A stretch of DNA of 64,000 nt from Macrostomum lignano. Taxonomy: Eukaryota. Positions 12,301 to 23,892 of the stretch are shown here, in pieces (position 1 is the first letter of the stretch; every line of letters starts with the position of its first letter). The notes under the pieces were generated by a model, which was not told the DNA's origin, searched no databases, and worked only from the letters and a program-made list of their open reading frames with translations. The stretch spans positions 47,813 to 111,812 of the forward strand of contig NIVC01003203.1 in NCBI GenBank assembly GCA_002269645.1, written 5' to 3'. A program made the translations under genes and the position numbers.

Positions 12301-15021
12301 AGATAACTGGCAGATAGATGTTACCTCATCTGCTCGGTATTTCCTAGAATCCAGCTGGTCCGCGGCGATATCGATGGTTACCACCCGCCTGCGGTCCAGG
12401 TCCGATTGGGACAAGCTGAAGATCTGTTGGCGTATGAGAGGCGTTCAATAAGTTTCCGGATGCTCATATTTAGCAAAACTCGAACGTCAGAACTTTCTGC
12501 GTACTCCCCAGCTGCATTAAACCCCCGTCAAAATGCAGCCAGCCCACTCCGACTGAGGGATTTCTAAGAGTTAATTGGGTCCCCACAGTTTGCCGCGCAG
12601 CAGCCCGCCCATGTCGAGTCCGTCCTTGGACGTCTTACAGCAAGGACTTGCATCAGCTGGGAATAAACTCGGTCGCGTACCATCCTGCAGGCAATGTACG
12701 CAATGTAGACAATGTAGACAATGTAGACAATGTAGACAATGTAGACAATGTAGACAATGTACGCAATGTACGCTGCGTCACTAGCGACACTTCGTGAACG
12801 CACCAGTTATGAAGGCGACGTGCTGTCAACTGTGGATGCATTGTTCTGGTTGCTGCTTGCTGTACACCCAGGTCTCGTCTTCGCTGACAATGTCCTAGGT
12901 GCTCATTGACTGCCAACCTTTGAATTTGTCGAGCTTAGATCGGCATCGATCAGCCCGAGCAGGGAGAGGGAGAGAGGGAGGGGTAGAGAGAGGGAGAGAA
13001 GAAGAGAGGGAGAGAAGGGGGTAAGGCAGAGAGGGGGAGAGGAGAGAGGAAGATATTCGTAAAAAAGTTCTAGAAATTTATTGGTGGAACTTACATTTTC
13101 AATGTCGATTTGGTAGTCGACAAATTTGGTATCAACTTGGATGTTCAGTCGTGGAATATAGGAGCACTGAAGGATAAAATTTGCCAAACAATCAGCTTGT
13201 TTTAGTTTAGAAAATGATGGATTTACACTGAAAGTTGCATCCTTACCGAGTACTCTGCAAGGAAATGATAGAAATTATTTCATTACTTTGTTCACAGCGT
13301 CTACAGCTTAATGTACTGCATAATGCAATCAATACTGTACCTGTTTTTGTTGTCGGAAAATGGTTGTAGGATTTTTCCAGCACGAAAATCCCATCCCCTG
13401 GCAACAGACGGTTGGTCCAGGAGGCCAGGCGGCTAGAGAGTAGCGGGGCGGAGATTAAGGCAAAGGCGAAGCATTTGAGAAAGTAAAGAGCAACAATTAA
13501 AAAAAGATATGTAAGGAGCGATTAAGGAGATTAAGGGAGAGATTAAGGGAGATGCAGCGAGCAATTTCGAGAGATGCAGCGAGCAATTTCGAGAGATGCA
13601 GGGAGCAATTAGGGAGACAGATGTTGGAAAAGTCGAGAAAGAGAGATGCAGTGACAGACTGTAGAGAGAAGTGCAGGGAGAGACGCAGGGAGAAACGCAG
13701 GGAGAGACGCACGGAGATACGCACGGAGAGACACAGGGAGAGACGCAGGGTGCACGGAGAGATGCACGGAGAGACGCAGGGAGAGACGCAGGGTGCACGG
13801 AGAGATGCACGGAGAGACGCAGGGAGAGACGCAGGGTGCACGGAGATACGCACGGAGAGACACAGGGAGAGACGCACGGAGATACGCACGGAGAGACACA
13901 GGGAGAGACGCACGGAGATACGCACGGAGAGACACAGGGAGAGACGCACGGAGATACGCACGGAGAGACACAGGGAGAGACGCAGGGAGAGACCAATAGA
14001 TATATGCAAGCAATCCCTGCATCTCACACCTGCCCAGATAGATTTTCTTTTCACAGTACCGGCCGGGCCCCAGTTCAGGCGACTCGTACGGCTCGTTCAG
14101 CATCACCCGGACACCCTCGGACAGTTGCGACTGCTGCCTGCAGTGCTTGGCTATCATGTAGATCTGGCCCAGCCTGTACTCAGCGACCGAACAGGGCATG
14201 GGGATTCGGTACTCCACCAGCTCCAGGCAGTCCCCAGCTGCGACTTCTGGGCCAGCTGCAGATTCTGCTTTTTGTGAATTGGGAACCAAACAGAGCAGTC
14301 CAGATGGATCTTGTGAGGGTAGCTACTGACTGCGACTGACCAATCAGAGCAGTCCAGATGGATCTTGTGAGGGTAGCTACTGACTGCGACTGACCAATCA
14401 GAGCAGTCCAGATGGATCTTGTGAGGGTAGCTACTGACTGCGACTGACCAATCAGAGCAGTCCAGATGGATCTTGTGAGGGTAGCTACTGACTGCGACTG
14501 ACCAATCAGAGCAGTCCAGATGGATCTTGTGAGGGTAGCTACTGACTGCGACTGACCAATCAGAGCAGTCCAGATGGATCTTGTGAGGGTAGCTACTGAC
14601 TGCGACTGACCAATCAGAGAGCAGTCCAGATGGATCTTGTGAGGGTAGCTACTGACTGCGACTGACCAATCAGAGCAGTCCAGATGGATCTTGTGAGGGT
14701 AGCTACTGACTGCGACAGACCAATCAGAGCAGTCCAGATGGATCTTGTGAGGGTAGCTACTGACTGCGACTGGCCAATCAGAGCAGTCCAGATGGATCTT
14801 GTGAGGGTAGCTACTGACTGCGCCTGACCAATCAGAGCAATTCACTTAAATCTCTATGTACTGTAAGACTCTCACTAAAGAATGATAAAAATCAGTTAAA
14901 GCCTGAATCGGTTCAATTTTAAATAATTGTTTTTACCGTTCACTAGTAAGGCAGTTATAATGTCAGTAAAATGTACCGCCTCTCCCAATATAGATGTATA
15001 TTGCTATGCATACTTACCCAT
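9368..15021 (-). CDS. PITPNC1: Cytoplasmic phosphatidylinositol transfer protein (PITPNC1/RdgB-beta), about 287 aa; exons 15018..15021, 14030..14267, 13341..13432, 13247..13254, 13095..13166, 12325..12423, 9968..10187, 9368..9498
   Basis: Spliced product reads MAESAAG..VEYRIPMPCSVAEYRLGQIYMIAKHC..NEPYE..EKKIYLG/SRLASW..EKSYNHFPTTKT/EYS/CSYIPRLNIQVDTKF/..TIDIAAD/..CCYKLVRAAFPVWGLQTRVEAYV..HRQAAAWMDNW/LSEDEIR. VWGLQTRVE is characteristic of the RdgB-beta class. All intron phases are compatible GT-AG. The first 4-nt exon (ATGG|GTAAGT) is the least certain part. Confidence 0.92.
9545..9955. repeat. 29-31-bp minisatellite (CCCTTTGATGAGCCGCTATCTCTACCA..)n in the last PITP intron
   Basis: Visible tandem units. 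Confidence 0.93.
11012..11250. repeat. AGTACT-rich tandem repeat (AGTACTCTATTGTAGTACTCC / AGTACTCT)n
   Basis: Visible tandem units built from the palindrome AGTACT. Confidence 0.9.
11441..11977 (-). CDS. Unassigned open exon/ORF (179 codons) nested in a PITPNC1 intron
   Basis: GC-rich, non-repetitive and stop-free from a TTGCAAG acceptor (11978-79) to TGA 11441; protein-like composition (GCRATCCYVWFLYTRRGSPYKAGLIYSVDGGSWTQF). No family recognised. Confidence 0.5.
   Translation of the reverse strand, partial: AESCGRLSDDSHAAAAAAQQTFVGDSSCLSRIEQRQQRRTSPLCFLAEEESRRFWTDSPFNSSPSTTPDAGGLVYNSEADADGVTATQEVEFAEIEGCRATCCYVWFLYTRRGSPYKAGLIYSVDGGSWTQFVTEGGADSERLLASYSGEFTTDCPRLAESLSSLLDSLKHIVLRLPH
12434..12950 (-). 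mobile_element. Degraded mariner-like remnant in a PITP intron, interrupted by a (CAATGTAGA)n 9-bp repeat at about 12692-12771
   Basis: Minus strand reads DIVSEDETWVY (compare mariner IVTGDETWVY). TIR-like end TATGAGAGGCGTTCAATAAGTT at 12434 resembles the TIR at 40058-40083. Confidence 0.55.
13545..13995. repeat. Complex purine-rich 12-24-bp repeat (GAGAGACGCAGG / GCACGGAGATAC) in a PITP intron
   Basis: Visible tandem units; source of the SPCVSPCV/GETQGETH ORFs. Confidence 0.93.
14292..14842. repeat. 54-bp minisatellite (CCAATCAGAGCAGTCCAGATGGATCTTGTGAGGGTAGCTACTGACTGCGACTGA)n, about 10 copies
   Basis: Near-identical tandem units with period 54. Confidence 0.96.
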
Positions 15022-16400
15022 GAAAATTGCAGAGCTAGGCTTGGTAGGCCGGGAGCTATTGCTGACTTTACTACCCTTGCTGCTAGCCAAACTGTGGGAT
15101 ATATAAACTGCATGCGAGCTGTTCCTAGTATAGAGCAGAGAGTGAAGTGTACATTCTGTGTGGCATAACATTTCCATTCCTTGCCCAGAGGAAATATACG
15201 AGCGTACTTATAATAGCAGAATGATCATTGTACTGTTTGTTGGTGAACAGAGAATTGGGTGCTGATTGGTAAGTCTTCTGCTCCATGGAAGAGAGCTGTT
15301 ATTGGGGGGACAATATCTAGCTCTTCTCAGAAACTCTGAAGAAGAATATTTCTTCCCTTTTTACCCACATTCGTACCCTACGTCCCTGGCTTTCAAAGGA
15401 ATGTGGTAGGAGAAATCTATTTCCAGATTAAAGCTAATAGTATGAGGTAAAGTACATCCAAGCTGAAAGCATATACAACTAGGATAGGTTGGGCAATTGC
15501 ATGTCCAATGCCAGGCTTGCTGGTCTCTCAGCCAGAAATGTGCCTCTTGTCTATGGCCCAATCTGGTCTTTATAATAGGCTTTCAACTTAGAATGGCTGT
15601 TTTCTAACTTAGTATGATTACGAAAGCTGCATTAAGTAGAATAAAGTTCACATGGGACTATTCTTTTTATGAATTTAAAAAGATTAATATGAAAATGAAG
15701 CTGTCATTATACACATCTATCGGAAATACAACAGAGTAACATGCAGTGCATGCTAAATTAAAAGAATGATAATCTTCGCTGCCCCAGATCAAGCCCAATC
15801 AATTATTATGTGATGAAAATATGGTATCTTCCTATATCTGCGCAGTGTCTTTTTTCCAGGAAATAGCTAGGCCACCAAATAATACACGATATTTGAGTTT
15901 TATGTCCTTGGGCTATATTGAATCATCATGTATGCATTCTGTGGACAAATATCTAACGGGCAAGCATCTGACTGGACAAACATGCGGCACGAAATTGCAT
16001 ATCCCACCTGGCATCGGAGCTCTGAAATCTTTTTTAACCTTTAACGTTATTTAAGTATTTATCGAGTTGGCCATTTGAAAACTAAAATAGATTGCCTTGT
16101 AACTGTATAGACAAGACAGAATTCTCTTCTAACATCTCTTCAAAGAAAACTCCGTACAGAACTGCATGGTAGACTTCGAACTGGTCCAATCCCTTCCTAG
16201 AAAGGCGTACAGCCAGGGGAGTCGTGTGAGTCCAATGTGATGCGGATTTTGGATTGCTGGGCTGAGTCAGAGAGGAAGAGCGAATGAGGAGGATGGGGAT
16301 ATAAGGAAAGAGATTTTACGAAAGAAAAGCCGCGTTTAGAAATTGTGAATTTTTTAAAGTGCTCAAAAAATAATCGAAGCAGGTCCCAATAGGCAAAGGC

Positions 16401-19400
16401 ATGTCATCTTCATCAGCAGCTGCAGCTGTCGGCACCAGTCGGGAGCAGCTGGCGCCAGGCTCAGCGAATGCCAACGGCCGCAGCGTCCTTGGCCGGGTCA
16501 CGGACGGCGTCAGCGTGAGTTGGACGAGTTGGCGAACATGCGCATGCATAGCGCAACAGTGGCGGTGCTCCATTAGTTTGATAGTTTTACCATAGCGCAT
16601 CAATTTTAACCGACGTCGCAGACAAATATATACTTTTACATCGACGGATAACAACGTCATGCGTCGGTGTAATGTAAAAATACATATTTGTCAGCGACGA
16701 CGATAGATATTGCTGTACGGGCATTTTTAAGAGTATTAGTTTGACGCTGCTGAAGCCTTTCTGGCGCAACTTTGACTCAAGTTTGGTGTTATTTTGACTA
16801 CTTCTGACAGTACAACAAAAAACCCTGTCTGCATCAAGAGTCACTTGTATGCAATTTGACGCAAGTTTGAGCTTGTTTCTATAGTAACGAGTTAAGCAAG
16901 TATTGGTGCGGATTACTTTTCAAGCTACTGTGTACTATATAGTGACATTTTTCTAGTGAATAACAACTTGATCGAATTGCCGTCAGAGCAAACACACAAA
17001 AAATTGTTTCAAAATACACTACTTAACCCTGCATATATACAGTAGCATGTATAATGCGTAACATATTAGACAAGTCTGACTAAATTACCATGTTAAGATC
17101 TGTTCTATTGAAACTTCTCTCTATAGTCGGGCTCGAACACAGCGGCTTTTTTCTTCTGCTCTGCGCATCCCTGTCTTCATTTCCCCTTGGCTCTCTCGCG
17201 GGATTGCGAGTGCAAGCTGAGGCGAGGACACGACAGCTACATTTCCCTCTAGAGTCGCACCTGCCCATCCTTCCTCAGTTCTGCTCAGGCGCGCTTACTC
17301 GACTCGAATATCGATCGGTTTTCTACCCTCCATTCCTTCCATGCTCGGGCTCGAGCGGTCGCACTGTTCCGGAGCCTGCTCTCCGTCTCTCCCCAACTCC
17401 TGTTTGAGCTCCCTCTGTCCAAGGAACGACTAATGAAGCAAAGTACTTTGAAAAGCTACTCTTTCCGATTAAAGCTTTGTGACAATCCTGAAAATTGAAA
17501 ATTATATTTAAGAACGTGAAAATGAACAAAAATATGACCAAGAAGCAATATTACTTTGGGTCACGAGCAAAATCCGTTTTTAGCCAGCTCGAATGCGCGA
17601 TGATCACGTGCCTGGCGCAAGCAATCGGAATAGAAAATGAAAGGTCGGGTAGACATCGGCAAGATGGACAAACAAAGTCCCATTTGTTAGGAGTTGCAAA
17701 TGCTCTAACATTAGCTCATTCATCTCCCTAACCCCGTCTTGTCTTCTTTAGTTAGGCGCCCCGATAGTTTTCGCCCGCATGCCTGCCCCCCTTTCTGTGC
17801 TCATTTATATTCCAGCTCGCTCCGCTTGCAACGCTAATTGCAGGTCCTGACCAGGTGGCTCGCTCGGTCTAGCGCTAGTCGGCGGCGGGAGCAACAAGAA
17901 CAACAGGAGGCCGAAATCGAAGCCGAGGAAGGCAGCCGGTACAGGAGAAGGAGCTCCTTTTTTCAGAAGCTGCACATGGGCGATCACGAGATGACGGCTA
18001 CGTCGGTGTCTGGCGCTGCAGGCAACGGCGCCAATGACTGTGACGGCGAAAGTTCGACTGTGAGGAACAGAGCGCCAGTTCACCGGAGACTGTTCGGCTG
18101 GATGAGACAGTGAGCCACTTGGAATTTAGAGAATATATTATATTTTGTTCATAAAAAGAACATTGACTAAGAGCCAACAGAATATCTTGGTCTCTAAGAG
18201 GACACACTAGGAGATGTCCCGATTTTAAACTGGACTGTATTAAAAAAGCCAAACTGGTTGACCTTTTGACGATCTGTTCACTGAACTGCCGTGATCACTA
18301 TTCATTCTTCCTTTTTTATATGTAAATATACAAAAAATTAACATACAGCACAGCGTATAACCCCGCGCTATTGCAGCTTCGCCAGCGAGTTCGTGGTTGA
18401 CACGTCGCAGACTTTCTACTACAACTGGTTGGCCGTTGTGTCCGCGGCATTCTCTTACAATCTGGTGTTCATCATAGCCAGATCTGTGTTCACTCAGCTG
18501 CAGGAGGCGCTTTGGGTTTGGCTGCTGTTCGACTACTTGACCGACGGGGTTAACTTGATTGACATGTTTTTCAGCTCCAGGACAGGTGATTCAATGCTGC
18601 GTAAAATGTATCCTAAATGCTTTCAGCGCCATCATCCTTCGAGCTGATTTTAAGCTCTAATCATACGAATTAAAAGACCATGCGATAAAATTTAAAGGAC
18701 CAAACAAGAGACCCGATTTTAATTGGAGAAGTTCCGTTTTGTTTCCACATTGCAGGCGTCCTGGAGCAGGGTCTGATGATCACTGACCTGAGCAGGCTTC
18801 GTCGCTTCTATCGCCAAACGATGCGGTTCAAGCTAGACGTACTGGCGGTTCTGCCAACCGATCTGCTCTACCTGGTGCCCCAGATCTCGACAAATGGTGT
18901 CTACGTGCGAGTCAATCGGCTGCTGAAATTTGGAAAATTTCTCGAATTCTTCGACCGCACAGAGGCCCGAACAAACTTTCCGAATCTGTTCCGCGCGTTG
19001 AACCTTATGATGTACATCATGGTGATCTTCCACTGGAATGCCTGCATCTACTTTGCCCTCTGTCTGATCATCGGACTGGGAAAGGACTCTTGGACTTATC
19101 CGATGCGGCCGGACGGCTTAATGATTGCAAACTCTGAGCCCTACAACTTTTCAGCAGAGCTGGATGAGCTCTACGCCAAGTATCTTTACTCATTTTACTG
19201 GTCCTCGCTTACGCTTACAGCTGTAGCGGAGATTCCTAAGCCAGTAACAGAATTTGAGTACGTTTTCGAGATCATCGTGCTGATAGTAGGCATCCTGATA
19301 TTCGCTATCATTATTGGAAGCGTCGGTTCCATGGTGACGAACATTAGTGCGGCCAGCACGGAGTTTCAACAGCGCATGGACGGGGTAAATTTCCCAAGCA

Positions 19401-20351
19401 GTAATAAGTTATTCAGTTAGATATTCAAAGCCAAATATCTAGATAGAGTGCTCCAAAAATGCACTGACCGTAGAGGAATCCTGTAAAGTCTGTTTCATTT
19501 TCGAATTTCAGGCGAAGCGCTACATGGAGTTCCGCAAGGTTGGCAAAGCTCTCGAGCACCGAGTCCTGCGTTGGTTCGACTACCTATGGGAGAACAAGCA
19601 GTCGTTAGACGAGGAAAATATTCTTGGCACTCTGCCTGAGAAGCTGAAAGCGGAGGTAGCCATTCATGTGCACTTCGATACACTGAAACGCGTGGCAATC
19701 TTTCAAGACTGTGAGCCCGGGCTACTAGTGGAACTGGTGCTCAAGCTCAAGCTGCAGGTATTCTCTCCTGGTGACTATATTTGCCGCAAGGGCGACATCG
19801 GCAAGGAGATGTACATTGTGAAGCGAGGCAAAATCAGCGTGGTTTCACCGGACGGCAAGACAGTGTTCGTCACGCTAGGCGAGGGCAGCGTGTTTGGCGA
19901 GATTTCAATCCTAAACATCCCCGGCAACAAGACTGGCAACAGGCGCACAGCCAACGTTCGCAGCGACGGCTACTCCGATCTGTTTTGCCTCAGCAAGACC
20001 GATCTGTGGGACGCGCTGACCGAGTACCCGGATGCCAGGGTGAAACTTTTGGAGAAAGGCCAGCAGTTGCTGCGCAAGGACAACCTGATCGACGAAGCGG
20101 TGCTGGCCAAAGCGCTCCGAGCCCAGGAGACCATGGAGCAGAAGTCGCAGCGCCTGGCCGACGATCTGGCGTCTTTTCAGGCGCTGTTCTCGCGCACCCA
20201 GGCCGAATTCGATGCTACACAGGGCCGGCTGAAGCGCCGTATTGCCCGCTTAGAAAAACGGCGAATGGGTGGCGGCCCAGGCGGCGAGGTCGACTCGAGT
20301 GGCGACGAAACTGCGGATGGTGAAGCAAAACCTGCTCGATGGGAGGAATGA
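16401..20351 (+). CDS. CNGA: Cyclic nucleotide-gated channel alpha subunit (CNGA/TAX-4-like), about 685 aa; exons 16401..16514, 17844..18109, 18377..18585, 18756..19384, 19512..20351
   Basis: [14 protein letters not shown] (S1), [23 protein letters not shown] (S4), pore [17 protein letters not shown]-linker [43 protein letters not shown] and a C-terminal leucine zipper. Intron phases 0, 2, 1, 0 all join. The first two exons are less certain. Confidence 0.95.
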
Positions 20352-20627
20352 CCAAATCTGCAAAACTGAGATTTTAGATAATTTGTCACTGCATACTTCT
20401 TTTCAAAGCCGTGAGACAATTCTAACCAAATCAATTAGCGGCTGAATATCAATTAATATCTTCTGTCATTCCGCCAAGCACATATATCTGATACGAGTAC
20501 GATTATGTAAACCTTTAAGCTAGAAGCACTAATTGCACGTGAATACAAGCTAGTTTACTTTGATCCAAAAATTTCAAGACCTAAAGTTTACTTTTATATA
20601 ATATATTAGACTTTGATAATACAATAA

Positions 20628-20903
20628 TTGATTACACCTGCCGTAATGGGCAGATGTGCAACCGACAGCTCAGCCGCAGCCATTGCGCAGTGCATCTGAA
20701 GGCTGCGTACGGCTGTTCAGGGAGTCGCCACACAGCCTCAATTACCCCAGATAATGCTGGTACTCATTTTACAGTTGGTTGGACAGAAGCAATGCAGAGT
20801 TAAGTGTCTCGCTCAAAGACACAAATTGTTCCGAGTGGGTCGAGAATCGAACCCCCGACCCTCCAGTCGTGAGTTCGACGCTCTAACCACTAGGCTACAA
20901 TCC
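20628..20903 (-). mobile_element. tRNA-derived SINE, family A, copy 1
   Basis: Reverse-complement homolog of 34262-34530 and 34967-35255; A-box TAGTGGTTAGAGCG, B-box GGTTCGATTCT. Confidence 0.85.
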
Positions 20904-21253
20904 TAGAATAATGACAGCAGAAAAAAGCAACTGAGACTACTATGAGTAGCGGCCTTGTGTCTAATAGGAAAATTTTTAAGAAAAAAGAAAAAAGACAAAG
21001 AATTCATATATATTCTTACATTATTAACAGCACGTTAAAAAGGCTTTTGCACTAACAGAGAGGTACAGTTCTATTTACTTAAATCTTTATTTAATATTTT
21101 TCAACCCGTTGATTGCTACAACTGAAACGTTGATAAAAACCAATGACAAAGTTGGGTATTTTCTACGGTGCACAAGCTACTTACTAGCTTCCTACTTGTT
21201 TACATGAAACTCGCCAGACACTCTATCAGTGACTAATAACTAAAGTTTGAAAG

Positions 21254-21592
21254 TCAGAAAGCGGTGAGCTTGCTCTCAGGCTGTGGCAGCCGCTTGCTCT
21301 CCATGGCCATCTCGTAGTCATAGAATGACACGTCATCAAACACAAAGTACTCTGGATTCTTGTATGACCCCGCTTTGCCAGAGCTTTTATCGATAGAATT
21401 GACAGTTGAAAGAAATTTGTCGAGGTGCTGCTGACAAGCCGGAGAGAGGTGGCGCGTTTTGGCGCCAGGCGCTGGCGGTGGCGCCGGCTTTGACGGTGAC
21501 GCAGTGCACAGAGGCATGGCGGCACGGCGAATCAACAAGCCAGACTGGAAAGCTGGTCCACGAGCGATGATGAGAGCCAGCAGAGACGACAT
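21254..21592 (-). CDS. NDUFV3: NADH dehydrogenase [ubiquinone] flavoprotein 3 (10-kDa complex I subunit), 112 aa
   Basis: Arg/Ala-rich mitochondrial presequence followed by the family motif YKNPEYFVFDDVSFYDYEMAMESKRLPQP. Confidence 0.85.
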   Translation of the reverse strand: MSSLLALIIARGPAFQSGLLIRRAAMPLCTASPSKPAPPPAPGAKTRHLSPACQQHLDKFLSTVNSIDKSSGKAGSYKNPEYFVFDDVSFYDYEMAMESKRLPQPESKLTAF

Positions 21593-22080
21593 GGCTGAGA
21601 GCTTAGCCGATGCTTGCAGGAGCGAATCAAGGATGAATGGATATTTAATGGATGTTGATTGATGAAATGTCCAGCTACTCGTAGAAATGTATTTTAGTAA
21701 GTTAAAATATTAAGAAAACAGTCCTCATATGATTGCTCATAAAATTTTATAACACCTAAGTATATTTCCAGATAAAATAGCCAGGTGATAATAAATGCTG
21801 TGCAACATTACAATTTGGATATTTTATGCTTGCTTTCTAGGCCCGATATAAAAACAATAACATTCTACCAATAAAAGTAGAATTTATTACGTATTACTTA
21901 TTGTAATAAAGAATAAGTAGTAAAGAATTTATTTAGAGACTGTTTTATAGCATGGTTTTATTAGATGAAGAAATGCATTAATCTATCTATAAAATATGTT
22001 GAGAAGCAAATTAGATAGGAGTAGAGTTTCACTGTAGCTACAGATATGGCTATGGGATACATAGGTTTTTAGACAAAGCA

Positions 22081-22511
22081 GTTATTGTCTGGTGACTGGA
22101 CAATAGTGATGTGGTTATTTGTCCAATTATTGAATAATAGGCATAGCCATGTTTCCCTATTCATCAAGTTAATACTAGACAAATAGGCATTTTGTTATTG
22201 TATTTGTCCAGTTAAATTGATATTCTATTTTACAGAAACTACAAGGGTGAATATTCCTAAACTTCAAAGACTTCTTACTCATGTCATCATTATTATGTTG
22301 TTATACTAGTGTATGTCTTATACTACCAAATTATACATATCTACTTTGCTTGCACTAGTATGTATATAACAAAATATTAATCAGGATACAAGAAAAGGTC
22401 TTAAAAATCTAGAATATTCATCACTAAACAAATATATAATTGTGTTAGCAATTTAACTGGACAAATAGCAAAAAGGCTATTCATTGGGTCACTGGACAAA
22501 TAACAACTACC
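22081..22511. mobile_element. MITE-like AT-rich element with inverted TATTTGTCCAGT motifs
   Basis: Perfect 19-bp inverted pair TATTTGTCCAGTTAAATTG (about 22200) / CAATTTAACTGGACAAATA (about 22450); similar terminal motifs; flanked by direct repeat TTTAGACAAAGCA. Confidence 0.5.
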
Positions 22512-23892
22512 TTTAGACAAAGCATATAGGGGACATATTTCTTACATCTAGTTACCATGTCTACTATTACCACTCAACTGTAAAAACCATTGGAATATAT
22601 GCAGATAACTTTTGTGATAGGCTATTTAGAATGTCTTATTCTACAAACTTTTTGAAAAGCCCTCGAATTTTACTTTAGTTTCACTTTATAAAAAATCTTT
22701 ATAGTAATATGGTTTAGAAAAATGTTAGACATTTTTATTAACTTTTTTGCAAAGATAAATTAGTTAAAAAATTGCATGCAATATTTGATAGTTAATATTA
22801 GTAAGTAGCCTGAAGCCTGCTTTTTTATTTATTTTTCTGATAAACATGATAATAGCTAGCCAAATTTATAAATTTAATTTGGGCTTTAAAATTGAATAAG
22901 TACAGAATAGATCGTGCATGTCATTTGCCTGAAAAGTTACTTAAATTTATTTAGTTAAAGCGCAAGTGAAGAAATAATTATAAAGAAGCGAATGGTAAAA
23001 AGGTAAGTCTCAATGCCTGTTTACTGTTCATTTAATCCGGCTAATGAACCGACCGTATTAATGATGTCTGTCTGATTCTGCTGCTAAATTACTGTTTCTA
23101 AGAAAAACGTAAGTTCAAGTTTTTAAACTAGTTTTAACTAAAATATCGTAATTTCTATTTTCCAAAAGTTTTATATGTAGATTTCGGTCCCGTAAGGTAA
23201 GTTTATTATCTCTTCACGACCACAGACAACTTAAGTTAGGCAGCTTTTAGTCCAGGATGGTTTTATTTTGCCTATTTTTCACATCTCATTGATTTTATTA
23301 TATCTGTCATTAAACTAAAACTACATGTATTCATGCCAATTCTGGTTGTGGATCATGATTCGACAGCTGCATGGTTGTGGGATGAAATTAATATGTGAAA
23401 GTCTCAAAATCAGAGAAAAGAACTTGTTTTATAGTTCTCGGGGAGCTAGCAGTACATGTATTTGCAGCACTGCAAAAATAAAAATCGCCGGTCTTGATTG
23501 CGTTGCTTGAAGTGACTAGTGAGTGATTATATTTAGATATTTGCTAACATGCCTACTCATTTAAAATCACTCGTGTACATGTCTAGCATACTGCTGCAGT
23601 AGAGGCAATCATATCAAACTGCTGCACCTACATTTAGAGCAGCGCGCTAATGCTTGTGAGTCAAATTAAAAATATGGAATATCGTCATCTCATGAACACT
23701 ACTGTTTTATATACAAAAATTCACTCGACTCAGAAGCATCAAATTACACGAGAAAATTTTAGGATTTTAGGGGCTGGCTGGCACAGATTCCCTATCGCTC
23801 TTAGTGTGCACGCATTTACATGAACTCAAAAACAATATGCATCACAACAAAAACAGATCAAAACTGCGCGCAGGTATTCGAGAATCGGATAG

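Noticed and set aside
14292-14842. CRISPR-like appearance of regular repeats here and at 7190, 46482 and 52494
   Set aside because: Units are head-to-tail without unique spacers, there are no cas genes, and the context is eukaryotic.
13433-14845. Long ORFs with SPCV, GETQ, TERHRERR and SIWTALIGQ repeats
   Set aside because: Derived from intronic tandem repeats; only 14030-14267 is a real PITP exon.
23003-23102. Intronic box C/D snoRNA (ATGATG...CTGA)
   Set aside because: The candidate C and D boxes are only about 7 nt apart, with no terminal stem or recognisable rRNA antisense element.
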